From contig CALSCP010002097.1 of NCBI GenBank assembly GCA_943704425.1, forward strand, positions 34,908 to 98,907: a stretch of DNA of 64,000 bases. Direction: 5' to 3'. The notes under the pieces are model-generated. The model had not been told where the DNA came from, did not search any database, and worked only from the letters and a program-made list of their open reading frames with translations. This document shows positions 49,532 to 62,453 of this stretch, piece by piece (position 1 is the stretch's first letter; each line of letters begins with the position of its first letter). The DNA is from Ministeria vibrans ATCC 50519. Its lineage: Eukaryota; Protista; Filasterea. Made by a program: the position numbers and the translations under genes.

Positions 49532-52500
49532 CTAACATATTGTTGACAAGAGCATATCATCGTCATGGCCACTGTCGCTACTCCACACACTCGACGTGTC
49601 CTCGCAGTCCTTCCCCTCACTCACTGCCTCCGTCGCCTCCGTCTCGTCGCCCACCAAAGCCTCCACCACATGACCATTGTTCTTGCCTCGATCCTGCGCC
49701 TCAAAGACAAGTCGTCGTGGCTTCAACTCCGACTCCGTGTCTTCCTCCCCCTCTTCGGTCGTTCCCAATTCTCCTCTCATCATCATGTCTTCGTCGTCCT
49801 CCTCTTCGTCATCATCGTCCTCATCCTCACCAAACAGCTTCAGACTCGCATGGCCCATAAGCTGCGCAATCAAATGGTCCTTGGTAATGATGCCCACCAG
49901 ACGACCCAACTTGATCACAAACACATAGGGAAGCTTAAGCATTGTAAACAGAAAGTGCACCTCATAGGCAGGCGTCATCTTGACCACATGAAAGGGATTC
50001 TGGTCAATGCCGTCCGCAGTTGCATACACATCGACCGGCCGTGTGTCCAGATAGTCAAGCTCCTCGTCTGTGAGTCGCTCGAGACACTGACATTTCTCAC
50101 CGGCAAACTCACAGTTGCGTCGCGTCTGCTTCAGTTCGGTGTACTTGCTGAACAGTGCCTTGGGTGCTTGTGATGTGGTTGAGTGCCCCGTTGATGTCTG
50201 TGGCAGTGCGTTCGATGAGTTCCCACCACCACCACCACCAACGGAAAATCGTCCTTCGCTAGGATCCTCACGAATAGGAGTGGAAAGCACAGACGAAGGC
50301 ATCGACGCACTGGGCTCCGGACTGAAAATGTTGGCAAAGGTCTCGTCGATGGACGCGCGCGGCTTAAGTGCAGTACCACGCAGTCGCGACGTTGTCATAA
50401 CTGCCTCGGCATCGCGTGCGCGGATCTTACGCACACTTGCACGGGCATCCTCGGCAATGCGCGCCAGAGCTAAAGGTCGGGGACGCGGTCGTCGCCCCAT
50501 CGCAGAGCTCGCGCTCGCCTCGTCGTGGGGCAGGTGCTCCGGCTGTGGCAGTCCGTCGTCCTCGTTTACGATAATGTCTTCTTCAGCAATGGACGCGGGA
50601 ACGTCAACACACTGTGATTGTTGTTGTATAGCGTCTGAGTCGCCATTCGGTATCAACGTGCGCGTCGCGGCAGACGTTGTTACATCGTGTGGAGTCACAT
50701 CGGACACGGTAAACTTACTTCCAACAACCGTCTCCTTCTCGAGTGTGGCTTCAGGCGTGACAACATCGGTCACATGGAAAGCACGGTGTGGTGACATGAC
50801 AGCCGTCGTCGTCGTCGTCGTCGCTGCTGCTGCTGCTGCTTCGTCCAAATTTGCCACTGCACTCACACTCAGTGTGGATTCCTTCTCCTCGACAACCTCC
50901 TCCACGGAAAATCGCTTGGGTGAAGACAAAGAAGATGCCTCGGGGACATGCTCCACAGCAAATCGTTTTGGTGCAGCAACGGACGGGTCTTCGGCGACCT
51001 CCTCCACCGAAAACCGCTTGGGTGAAGACACAGAAGATGCCTCGGGGACATGCTNNNAAATCGCTTGGGTGAAGACACAGAAGATGCCTCGGGGACATCC
51101 TCCACAGCAAATCGTTTTGGTGCAGCAACAGGTGAGTCCTCGACAACCTCCTCCACAGTAAATCGCCTAGATGAGGAGACAGGAAAAGACTCGGGAACAT
51201 CTGCCACAGAAAACCGTGTCGAAGGAGCAACACGTGCCTCCTCCTCGATCTCTTCCACAGCAAATCGCGTAGAAACCAACACAGATGCTTCCTCCTCCAC
51301 AACATCATCTACGGAGAAACGCTTGGAAGTGGGCACTGCCTCCTCCACGACATCCTCCACTGAAAACCGTTTCGGAGCCAACACAGTCGCCTCTGCAACC
51401 TCTTCCACTCCAAACCGACTCGGCCCCGACGCGGCCTCCTCCTCCACTGCAAAACGATTGTCACTCGGCACGCTCACACTTGACTTGTCCTCTTCAAGCA
51501 CATCTTCGACCGAGAATAGCTTGGGTTTCGCCTCCGTCACTCCCTCCACCCCAAAGATCACCTCTCCATCCTCAACAGGCTCCACATCAAACCTACCGCT
51601 GCTACTCCCTTCAACCTTCATCTTTCCCGCTTCACACCGACTCGTCGCAGTGCTTTGTGCCGTCGTCTCTTCTGCCTTCTCCCCCTCCTTTTCCTTCTCC
51701 CCTACCTTGCTCTCATGCGACGCCACATGATCGGGTGTGTCTACAAGACTGACCGAAAACGATCGATGAGGCGACATGATAACAACGGTCGCGTCCTTGG
51801 GAATCCCCGCATCGGCAGCATTCGCGTCGACATGCGTGCGTTCTTCGTCGCGAACACCAAAGCCAACGTGGCGTGGCCGTGTCGACGGTACGGGCGAGTC
51901 AGGAAGGTTGATAGACACGTTTCGCAAAACGCGCCCTTCGCTGCCGGGCACATCCTCTTTGGAGCGTGAAGTGCGCATGGCAGACGCGCGTGGCCGCTCA
52001 TCCTTGTTTGGGGGTTCCCACATGGCGGCGTCTGCAATGATGATCGACGGTGGCCCTTGTTTGTCCACACCGGCTCCAGCTCCCTGCTTTGCGGCGATTC
52101 GCTGCGGATGACTCTCGCCGGCAATGGCCTTGGCGGCTTCCGTGGCAAGCTCGTCGTCGCCGTCGGTGAGTGAGGGTGCACACGAAGTGTTGAGCAAGGG
52201 GCGGTTCCAGCCCGCAAATGCCTTGTTGGTGAACAGCGTCGCCTTGGTCACCGTCACATAGTTGGAATTGATGAGACGCGCCGACTGGACATTGGCGTCC
52301 TGCGCCGCGCCAATGCTAATGCCCATGGTAGCAAGGGTGATCTGCGACGTAAAGTAGATGCCAGTGCCAAGCACAGACTCCTGGCAGGTGTCCAACAGCG
52401 GATTGGCCTCGAGCACATCAATCATGCCAACTTCCTGGAGCACACACTCGTCGTGAACGAGGCGCTCGAGCGCCGTGCGGTCCACGGCACCCAGCAGCAG

Positions 52501-54589
52501 GTTGTCGTCGTTTACGAGTGGCAGCGCAGCCAGAGGTACATCACCAGGATCTTCTCGGAGGATGCGAGCCAGCGCGCCATACGTCGTGTTGCAGCTGACC
52601 ACATGGGGCGCGTCAATCATGAGGTCGCCGGCCGTCTTGGTAGCCATGGAATCGGTAAGCAGGCGTGGCAAGTAGGGCAGGTGTTTGGTGCGCGTGATCA
52701 TCTCGTAGATGCCTTCGCCCAGCACGTTGCCAACACCGACGCTGATAATGACGGCAAGCAGCACAGGCAGCAAATAGGCGAGTGACGTGGTCATCTCAAA
52801 TACCACCACAGCCGCCGACACGGTGCGTGTTGTGCCGGCAAGCAGTGCTGCTGCACCGACGGCCGCATAGCCACCGGCGACAATGCTCGGCCCAAAGATC
52901 TCGCGCGAAATCTCGCCGACAAAGCGTCCAAGTGCACTGCCCGTGACCAGCAGTGGCAGAACAAGACCGATGGGGACGGGCAAAGTAATGGAGACGGCCG
53001 CGAGGACCCAGCGCGTACAGAAAATGACGGCCAGATCGCCGTAGATGCCGCCCGAGTCGGTGCCCCAGTCGCCAGCGTTGGTCACGTTGCTGTTGACGAG
53101 TGGGACGGGACGCAGAATGTCCTCAAAGAGGCTGATCATGGACAGGCGTGAGTACTCACCTGGTGGAAACAGAATGAGACCCGTGGCAAGGGAGATGGCA
53201 AGAGACAGACGATGGGGCCGACGAAACACCCACCAGTCGTCGTGTTTGCGGCGAAACACAATGAAATAGTTGGACAGACGCACAAAGGCATGACCAAGCA
53301 GACCGCCAAGCAGGCCGAGCAGGATAAAGGCGGCAAATTCAAGACGGATCCAGCCAAGGGGATCGTACGGCTGCGCAAACAGCGATATATACTCCTCCTT
53401 TTGCGTCAGATACACCACCAGCGAGCCACATAGTGCGGCCACCGACGATTTCCAGTAGTTGGCCACGAGGTAGTAGATGGCCGTCACCTCAATGCTAAAC
53501 AGCACTCCTCCAATAGGCGCTCCAAAAGCAGACGCAACGCCCACGGCAGCGGCGGCAGCAAGTACTTGTAATCGTGATGACTGAAATGAGAAGTAAAAAA
53601 ATAAAAAGAATAAAGGAGGATGAAGAGTGTGTGCATTTTCTTTCCAGTACCTTTGACTTGCGAATTTTGTGAAAGAAGGGCAGTTTCATGAGAAGAGTGC
53701 CAATGGCAGCGGAGATGTGGACAAAAGGACCTTCGCGACCGCCTTGCATACCACTCCCAAGCACAAAAAGGAGGCCAAGCACTTTGCTGAGGAGCGTGCG
53801 GAAGTTGAGAAAGCCCGGAATGTCAACACCGCTGAGAATGGTGGAGATTTCGGGAATGCCTGAGCCGGCTGCCATGGTGCTGATATACCGCACCGTGATG
53901 TAGCCAATGCTAAAGATAAAGGTGCCATAAAGAACAAAGATGCTATACTGAGCGAGCCAGCTGGTTGACTTGTCCATGAGCGTGACACGCGACGACAGGA
54001 GACCAGCAATGGCACGACCCAGGCCAAAGTCGAGGAGAGCCGCAAGTGCACCCAGCACCATCAATAAGGCGGTAGTGCCAAGCTGGTGATCGTAGAGCCA
54101 CGTGACAAACCGTCGCCAGGCGCTCTGGTTGAGCTTGCGCGTCGACTCAGGTTGAGACAGCACGATTTTCGTTTCGGCACTCTTCATGCTGCACACAAGC
54201 ATAGCGATCCGGAAAGGGTCAGCGGTGGGCGAAAGGCGCACAGACACACACACACAGACACAGTCGTACCTGGTGCCCGAAAGATAGGACTCGTAACGGC
54301 GCTGAAAGGCGCGTTGTGATGAGCCAACATCAGCAATATGGCCACTGCGACCCAAACGACAAAAAAAATGGAATGGAAAGCGCGTGAAAACAACATCAGC
54401 GAAGCGGACATTTTAGCAGGGGAAGAGCATGAAAAGCGTACGCGTTACGAGACAGGGCTGCGCCTTCTTCGGCGAGGGCGTGCCGGAACGAGCCGTACGC
54501 GGTCTGATCGAAGTGTTTGTGGACGAGTGGCGTGTCGGGCTGTGCGCCCGAATTGCGTGCCCCCAACAAGGGGTTGGGACTTCTGCCAT
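49532..54589 (-). CDS. CLC chloride channel (CLC-1/2-like) with a very long CBS1-CBS2 insertion; N gap at 51055-51057
   Basis: GSGIPE, GREGPFVH, AFGAPIGGVLFSIEVT (Val at the proton-glutamate site, i.e. channel type), IYEMI...LPYLP, CBS1 and C-terminal CBS2 (IDQNPF...VHFLFTML...GRLVGIITK). Confidence 0.93.
50890..51600 (-). repeat. Coding tandem repeat of ~17-aa (K/R)RFxVE(E/D)V units within the CLC gene
   Basis: Near-identical DNA units (AATCGTTTTGGTGCAGCAAC / CGCTTGGGTGAAGACACAGAAGATGCCTCGGGGACAT) on both sides of the N gap. Confidence 0.9.
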
Positions 54590-55149
54590 CCTGCAGGCGG
54601 ATTGCAGCTCGTCTCCGTAATCTCGTGGCCGGAGACATAGCAATTGTAGAACCAAAAAATGTGAATGAATTAAAATGTGTGAAACATAATTATGATACTC
54701 TAGTCATTCTACTTTTTTCACACTTTTTTTGTTGAGTGCATGCTTCACTGATCAGCTGACTGTTGACTAGGGACAGTCAAACACCAAACTCCCAGGAAAG
54801 AAGAGGAGAAAACCATCGCTTAAAAGAAAGTGACTCATTCGCCAACCGCTCCCTGCGCACACGACCGCCACTCCAAGAACGACGAGGACACTCGCTCAAA
54901 TACACACAACAGCTGCAACTCACACGCATAATCACGAACTCACTCGCATTGTACTCCTTCAGTTCACTGTACACAACAAATCTCAGTCAGTTGTGCAGAG
55001 CCATTGAGCGAACACATTGCATCAGGTGTCGCTCATTTCGTGCTCTCCATTTCACAAGACAAATGATAAAAAGAAAAAAAACCATTGGAACAAACAGGCA
55101 TTCGCACGAATGAAGAAGCAAGTTTAGATTCATACGGTACTTTTTTGCA

Positions 55150-55911
55150 TTACATAGTGGGGAGAATTTTGACATTGAAGGTACAAGACGGCAGAGTTGT
55201 GATTTCGGGCGAGACGACACTATTGAGGCCAATGATGGCAAGCGCACCGCGTATCAAACCACACGGTAGCGCTGCGTAGGTGATAGCTTCTTCGGCAAAC
55301 TGCGTAGCTGTTTACATGAGAAGAGGGTCAGAGAAGAACAAACCTTGAGCCACTGAGACTTACTGTTGCTCATGTTCACAAAGACATCGCATTTGCTGTC
55401 TTGCAAAACATAGACACCCTAGAACACCAAGAAGCAAGAAGGTGAGCTGGACAAGCGGGGTCTCTTGCACAAAACAACAACAGACGATCGCGATACTCTT
55501 CGGTTGGTTCGCAGACTGTCGATTTGCTTGCCGAACAAAGCGACCCAAAACTCCTTGCAGATGAACTTGATGATCTCAAGTTCAACAAACTTGAGAGAGA
55601 AATCAATCGTGAGGCGTTCTACGAGAGGGGAAAGGGAGCGTGAGAAGAGGGAGGAGAGCGCAACGGGAAAAGCGTCACCAGCAATCGTCTGTCCTGCGCG
55701 AAACCCCAGGTGTTCCAGCTTGAGAAAGACCTCGTCGTGCACATGCGCTCCTGTAGGCGTAGTTTCTTGCAAGTGCTGGACGATGGCGTAATGTAGAAAG
55801 CGGAACGAACTGTGGGAAAGGGTCAACGAAAGAGTTCAGAAATAATAATGATCGAGCGCCAACAATGCACCTGTCGGAGAGCTCTCCTGAAGAAGTTATA
55901 GGGGCAGACAT
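55150..55911 (-). CDS. TRAPPC6: TRAPP complex subunit 6 (Trs33)
   Basis: KLEHLGFRAGQ..ERL, ELEIIKFICKEFW..LFGKQIDSLRTN, GVYVLQD, PCGLIRGAL, PSCTFNV. Confidence 0.93.
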
Positions 55912-56204
55912 GTCAGCCGTCAGGTGCAACAAGATTTTAAAAAAATGACTAAGAAGTAGAAGAACTAGACTAGAAGCACATTTCCAATTTATTATCAATC
56001 ACAAACGAAAAGCGACAACACTAACAGCTCAGAACCACTTTCTAAACTACAGAAGCGTCGAGGGGAAGACTAAGAACTAAGAAGGAAAAGTAGAAAATTG
56101 AAATTGTGTAAAATAGTATCAGTTACAATTTACACCTCACACTTCACATATTTATTTTGCGCAGCGATTGTCAAAGAGGATCAATAGGACTCTTCTATTG
56201 AGCC

Positions 56205-56914
56205 ATGGGTCATGGTGACCGTTTTGTCGTGGTGGGTGGCGGTATTTCGGGGGTGACGTGTGCTGAGTATCTGTCGACGTTGGACCCGGACGCGCTTGTG
56301 ACGCTTCTGACGGCTTCGCCGCTGATCAAGAGCATTGCCAACTTCAAGAAGGTACCTTGTGTAGGGGGTTAGTGTTTTGCATTGGTGGCAATTTTCGTGT
56401 CTAAGGCCGATTGTGTAATGGTTTCAGTTGTCGAAAGTTCTCGAGGAATTCGACGTGGAAGAGCGCAACCTCGATTCGGTGCACTACCCCAACGTGAGCA
56501 TACTGCAGGACAGCATCGAAATGCTTGATCCCGAGCGAAAGGTGGGCGAGTGGTTCTTTACTTATGATTGAGACATGTTTGCAATTGGGCTGATGGTCTC
56601 TCACATAGCGCGTTCAAGGGACGTCGGGCAAGTGGTACACCTACACGAAACTGTGCTTGTGTACGGGAGCGCGCCCAGCCGTTACGGTGCCACACCACAG
56701 CAAGCACGTGTATACGATTCGTGATACGGACAGCGTGAAAGAGCTGCGTGAGCGCATTGTCGCCAGCAAACGTGTTGTTGTCATTGGCAATGGCGGAATT
56801 GCCCTTGAACTTGTGTATGGGACAAAGAGAGAAAGAGAGAGAGAGAGAGAGTTTGAAAGAGTTTGAGAGAGTAGAGGAGGGAGGGAGATAGAGAGGAGAG
56901 AGTTTGAGAGAGAG

Positions 56915-57002
<88 letters not shown>

Positions 57003-58720
57003 AGGAGGGAGAGGAGGGAGAAAGAAACAAAGGGAGAAACAAAGTGTTAGAGAGAGAAACAAAAATGATAGAGAGAGGAATAGGAGAGTGTGACACAGTG
57101 AGGAAACTGACAGTTGTATTTTTTTTTTTTTTTTTTTTTTTTTGCAGTCATGAGCTTGAAGGCGTTGAAGTGACATGGATCATGCGCAATGAGCACATTG
57201 GAAACCAGTTTTTTGATGCGGGAGCAGCAACGTTCCTTATTAACAGTGTTCGCCTACGCGAAGGGTTTGAAGTGAAGGGAACACAAGGAGAGAAAACAGA
57301 GGAAGGAGGGGAAACAGAGAAGGATGAAGGGCACATTGTGGTGACGGAAGGAAGTGCGTGTCGGGTGGTGGACCAGTCACGACTGACCTGTGTGGATGCG
57401 AATGTGCCGGGCACTGCGTTGGGTCCACAGTGGCACAAAGTCAGTGCTATTTTTCTGTGTGTGTGTGTGTGTCTGTGGTGGTAACTGACTTGCATGGTAC
57501 TTTTGTTTCTTTGAAGGGGTATGATATGGCGGGTCAGAGCAGTGAGAAGAAGATCCGATTGATGTCGGGAGAGACAGTGAGTGACATATACGACAGCACA
57601 ACGAAAGGAGAAGAAGGAGACTTTGTGGTTCGAGTGGTGTTGGGGAGCGGGGAGACGGTGGAGTGTGATGTGGTGGTGTGTGCGACTGGTGTGGTGCCCA
57701 ATGCGGAGTATGCACAGAACATTGTAAGGTGGGAGGCTGACATTATTGGGACTGATGTGAAGTTTTGATAGTGTTCGATTGGGAGAGACGGAGGGATCAT
57801 GGTGAATTCACGACTGGAGACGAGTGTGCGGGATGTGTATGCGGCGGGGGACTGCTGTACGGCCGCATGGGTGCCCCCTAAGGGCTGGTTTCAGGTGAGG
57901 AAGGGGTTCCAGTGGGGGAGTGTGATTGGGATGTTTTCTGTTTGATTGTAATAATTGCCTCTGATTGATGGTGATTGTAATGGTTGTGTGTACCTTGTTT
58001 GTTTCTTTTTGTTTGAGTGCGAGAGTGTTATTTTATGTTTTGCATTGGGTTTCCTCTTGTGGAATGTTTTGGATGCGATTGTGGTTCTTATTTCTTCTCC
58101 CATCCAATCAGATGCGACTGTGGACGCAAGCACGCCAGTTTGGTCTGTGGGCTGCTCAGTGCATGACCCAGTCACTCTCGGTCACCTCTCCTTCGCATTC
58201 CTCTCTTCTCACTCCCAATTGGCTCTCCCCTGAGAATCAGAGTTGTGCTCAAATGGATTTCTGTTTTGAGCTGTTTGCACATGTTACTCGTTTCTTTGGG
58301 TTTAAGTGTGTTCTCTTGGGTCAATATAACGCACAGGTACATTAATATGTTTGTGGTTCTTCTGACTTGAATATTACTTACTTTCGATTTATAGGGTTTG
58401 GACAGTTCGAAAGACAAGGTTGAATATTTAGTGCGTTACACCGAGGGAAAAGAGTATATCAAAGTTGTTCTGTGTAATGGGCGAATGGTCGGAACTGTTC
58501 TTATTGGTCAAACGGATTTAGAGGTAAGTATTAACATGATAATAATACAATAATTAATATTATTATTGTTATTATTATTATTTTACTTTTGTGTTTGCTT
58601 ACTGTTTTTTTTTTGGGTTTAGGAAACGTTTGAGAATCTCATCTTGAACGAGACGGATTTGAGCGCGTTTGGGGAAGAGATTTTGAACCCTGATATAGAT
58701 ATTGAAGATTATTTTGACTG
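56205..58720 (+). CDS. PYROXD1: Pyridine nucleotide-disulfide oxidoreductase domain protein 1
   Basis: [75 protein letters not shown]. Confidence 0.95.
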
Positions 58721-58838
58721 AACCAATGTAAAAGAAAATTATAATAATAATAATTTTATTCATAATTTTCATATAGAATTGCATTGTTACACAAGTTAAT
58801 CGTTTTTGTATACTTCAGTCTACTCCCTGTATCTTCCA

Positions 58839-60446
58839 ATGACTGCCGCGGCCGTGCTTATTGTTGCCGCAGCCGGCATCCTTTCGGGACTGTACACCAC
58901 ACCAATGCGATTCATCGAAGGATGGCACTGGCAGCACACCTGGCTCATCTACACTACGTGGGGTGCTGGCATTCTCCCGTGGGTCAATGCCTTTCCAACG
59001 TGCTCGAACATTGTCGATGTGTATCGCGCGACTGAGTCCAAAGTGTTTCTTGAGGTACCGCAAACACACACACACACACACACACACACTCTAACTCTCT
59101 CTCTCACTCACTCCCCCCACATTCACGCACGCACGCACGCACGCCCTTCTCTTGGACGCGCAGGTGATTGGGTTGAGTCTGTTGTGGGGCATCGGCTCGT
59201 CCTTGTTTGGCTTGGCGGTGAAGAGTGTTGGCAATTCGTTGGCATTTGCCATTATCTTGGGTCTGAGTTCAACCTTTGGCGCTGCCTTGCCTCTGCTCAT
59301 CTTCAACATCCAAGAGGCGACCCAAAAGGTCGGCATTTACACCTGGGTGAGTCTTGCCATTGTTGCCATTGGACTGGTGTTTCTGGCGTACGCTGGGGTG
59401 TTGCGCGACCGTGACCAGCGCGCCTTGGCGCTGGAGGGGACTGTGGCTGAGGGCGAACCCATCAGCGAAACCTCAGCTCTCATCCAGCATGAAGATGAGA
59501 GCGCTGGAAAGACACATGACACTACTAGCAGCAACACCAGCAACACGACGAAGAGCACTTTTCTTGTGGGTCTGCTCTACTGTCTCTTCAGCGGAATCTT
59601 CTCTGCATGTCTCAATGTCGCGCTGGCCTTTGGCTCACCCATTACCGACAAGGCAGTCTGTGTCAGTTCATCGTAAGTGATAATACAATTCAGAGAGTTT
59701 GAGAGGGAGTTAGAGAGAGATTGAGAGAGGGAGTTTAAGAGTCTGAGAGTTTGATACTTTGAGAGGGAGGGTTTCAGAGTTTGAGAGAGTTTGAGAGAGT
59801 TTTGAGAGAGTTTGAGAAAAAAAACAAAGTGATAGGGAGAGAGAGAAACAAGAGAGGAGGGCGAAAGAAACAAAGTGATGGAGAGGCAACGTGATAAAGA
59901 ATCAAATGGAGAAACAAAGCGAGAGAAGAGGGAAAAGGAGAAAGAGAAGGCGTTGACCCAATGATTGTGATTTGACCCAATGCTTGTGATAGGGTTGTTC
60001 AAAATGCATTGTGGCCCATTGCCGTGTCGGGTGGAATGATTGTCAATACCATATACTGTGGCTACATCAACACCATAGAAGGCACCTGGCACTACCTCTG
60101 GCGTTCACCGCATCTCTTCAAAAATCACTTTGTTTGTTTCATTATGGGTATCAACAATGCATTAAAATATGTGTTTTTAACAGACAAGGTTTTTTTTTTT
60201 TTTTTTTTTGGGTTAGGTCTTCTGTGGTTTGAGGCAAACGTCATCTACGGCGTAGGCAGTGCGCTGCTAGGCTCACTGGGGCTTGTGTTAGGCTGGCCCG
60301 TTTACATGTCGGCGATGATTCTCATTGCAAATGCCTCTGCTGTCCTTCAGGGCGAGTGGAAGGGCACCCGTCGCCCCGCCCGCATCTACATGGCCATTGG
60401 CGTTGCCATCATCATCGTTGCGATTATTGTTGTTGCTCTTGCGTAG
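58839..60446 (+). CDS. L-rhamnose/H+ symporter (RhaT, DMT superfamily)-like
   Basis: PMRFIEGWHWQHTW, LWGIGSSLFGLAV..VG.SLAFAI.LG, GLLYCLFSGIFSACLN, LGWPVYMS..IL.AN....QGEWKG. Confidence 0.8.
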
Positions 60447-61026
60447 TATGTTCTCTCCCCATTAACAAAAGTGTTATTGTACATAGTAATAAATCAAAAA
60501 TAATAATAATAATATAATGATGATAATAGTATAATAATTATTATTATAATAAAAATGATAATAAAAGTATAATTTTTTTAATACCATTATTTTATTAGTA
60601 TTGCTTCTCTTGCCTAATGCCTACCTGCCTCTCCACTCTCTAACAAACTTAATTGTAAGGTTTCTTGAACTTTATTTCAACTAAAAGTAAATGAATTTTG
60701 TTGGTGAAACCACTCGTCCAAAAAACCATTAAATAAATTTTACCCTTATATTCCTTGGGATTTTTTCGTTTCGCTAACGAAACGCGTTCGCTTCGCGTTG
60801 ACGACCCACAAAACCCAAAGTGCCTCTATAGCACTCACGCTTGCCGCCAACCAACGTAGCATCGGGTTACTATGCATGTGTGTCAGATCACCAACTCGTG
60901 GCGGTTCCGACGCCGGAGTACTGCATCAATAACATCAAATTGCAAAATTTTGTTTTGATTTCAGCAACGATTTTATTCCTTCACTTTTTCTTCGCTCTTC
61001 CCCGACCCCTCCCCCCTACCCACGCT

Positions 61027-62160
61027 ATGCTTTGTGTAGTTTCTTCCAACACCAAAACGACAGCCCTGAGCCACGCAGGACTCTCCACGAGCGACAGGAG
61101 CGGAAACAAACGTTTGACTGCCGCGCGATGCAACTTGGCGCCGCTTCGCATCCCCAACCCTGCGCCGGCCCCAGCCTACCCGTCAAACGACTCAACACAC
61201 ACCTCCCAGGTGTTCTACGCAGAGGCAGACAAGGAGAACGGTCTGGGCGGCGGCGACGACTTTTCGACATGTTGTGATTGTGTCAGCGGGAACTCCAGCG
61301 TCAAACTCACGCCCGAGTTCGCAATCAAGTACCCTCTGCCCACCAACAACAGCGTGCAGCAACTCAACAACGAAATCAACGTGCTTCATCAGCTCGGATC
61401 GCACGACAACCTCGTTTGCGTCGTTGACGCGATTCCGTCTTCAACGCTACGCATGCCCCGTTATGCCACCGATCTCCGCTCACAGATTCTCTCGCAATCC
61501 CTCTCGCTCCAACAAAAGTCCCAGGCGGTTCATGATATCCTCACTGCTGGTAAGTCGACTTTGCAATGCGTATCACTCTTTTTTTTTTCTGCACCTGCAA
61601 AAAAGTGCCAACCAAATGAATTTTTTTGGCGGGTCCAATTTTTTTTTCGACCTGGCCCTCAACTCTTTTTTTTTTTTTTTTTCGTCACAGTGAATTACAT
61701 GCACGAGCAAGGATATCTCCACTGCGACATTAAACCATCAAATGTGCTCTGGGACGAGCATGCGCAGCGCTACCGACTGGCAGACTTCGGGTTGGCGCGC
61801 AGAATCGATGCGCCCACTGACAGCTCGAAAATCTACGGAACGGTCGCTTACCTTGCGCCCGAAATCTCGCAAGTTGGGTTCTCACGCGCCTCCGACATGT
61901 ACGCTGTGGGATGTCTTGTGCGCGAGCTGCTCTATGATCTCCCGCACCCGTTTGCTGATCAACTGGAGCGGGTTCAAGACTACGCGTTTGCTTTTGCCGC
62001 TCGTCAGACATCGCCCACAGCCGATTTGTGCTGCTCACACGAACACACTTTTGTCGCCAGTGCTGCCTGCAAGCCTTTTCAAAGTGTCATTGCTCAATGC
62101 ACGGCGCGCTGTCCCTCTGTGCGTCCTTCAGCACAACAATTGCTGCGGAGTGACCTCTGA
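61027..62160 (+). CDS. Divergent Ser/Thr protein kinase (non-RD); intron 61550-61690
   Basis: FAIK, NEI..L..L.SHDNLV, HCDIKPSN, LADFGLA, GTVAYLAPE, SDMYAVG; no GxGxxG loop is visible. Confidence 0.8.
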   Translation: MLCVVSSNTKTTALSHAGLSTSDRSGNKRLTAARCNLAPLRIPNPAPAPAYPSNDSTHTSQVFYAEADKENGLGGGDDFSTCCDCVSGNSSVKLTPEFAIKYPLPTNNSVQQLNNEINVLHQLGSHDNLVCVVDAIPSSTLRMPRYATDLRSQILSQSLSLQQKSQAVHDILTAGKSTLQCVSLFFFSAPAKKCQPNEFFWRVQFFFRPGPQLFFFFFFVTVNYMHEQGYLHCDIKPSNVLWDEHAQRYRLADFGLARRIDAPTDSSKIYGTVAYLAPEISQVGFSRASDMYAVGCLVRELLYDLPHPFADQLERVQDYAFAFAARQTSPTADLCCSHEHTFVASAACKPFQSVIAQCTARCPSVRPSAQQLLRSDL

Positions 62161-62453
62161 AAAAAAAAAAAAAAAAAAACGAACGAGAAACAAACACCTG
62201 TACAATTTTGGAACCAATAATAATAATAATAATAATAATTATAGTAATAATGTAATACACGAGACAAACCATATTATTCAATAATAATACTAAGATAATA
62301 TAAATGAAGTGAAGAAGAAGACAGTACATTTATCACGAAAAGCGTATAAATTTTACTCAGGGAGAAGAAAATATAGTACAATAAACAATAAAGCGTAATA
62401 CAATAGGCTTACACTATTATGATAATAAGCAAAGCACAACCGACTTTAGATAT

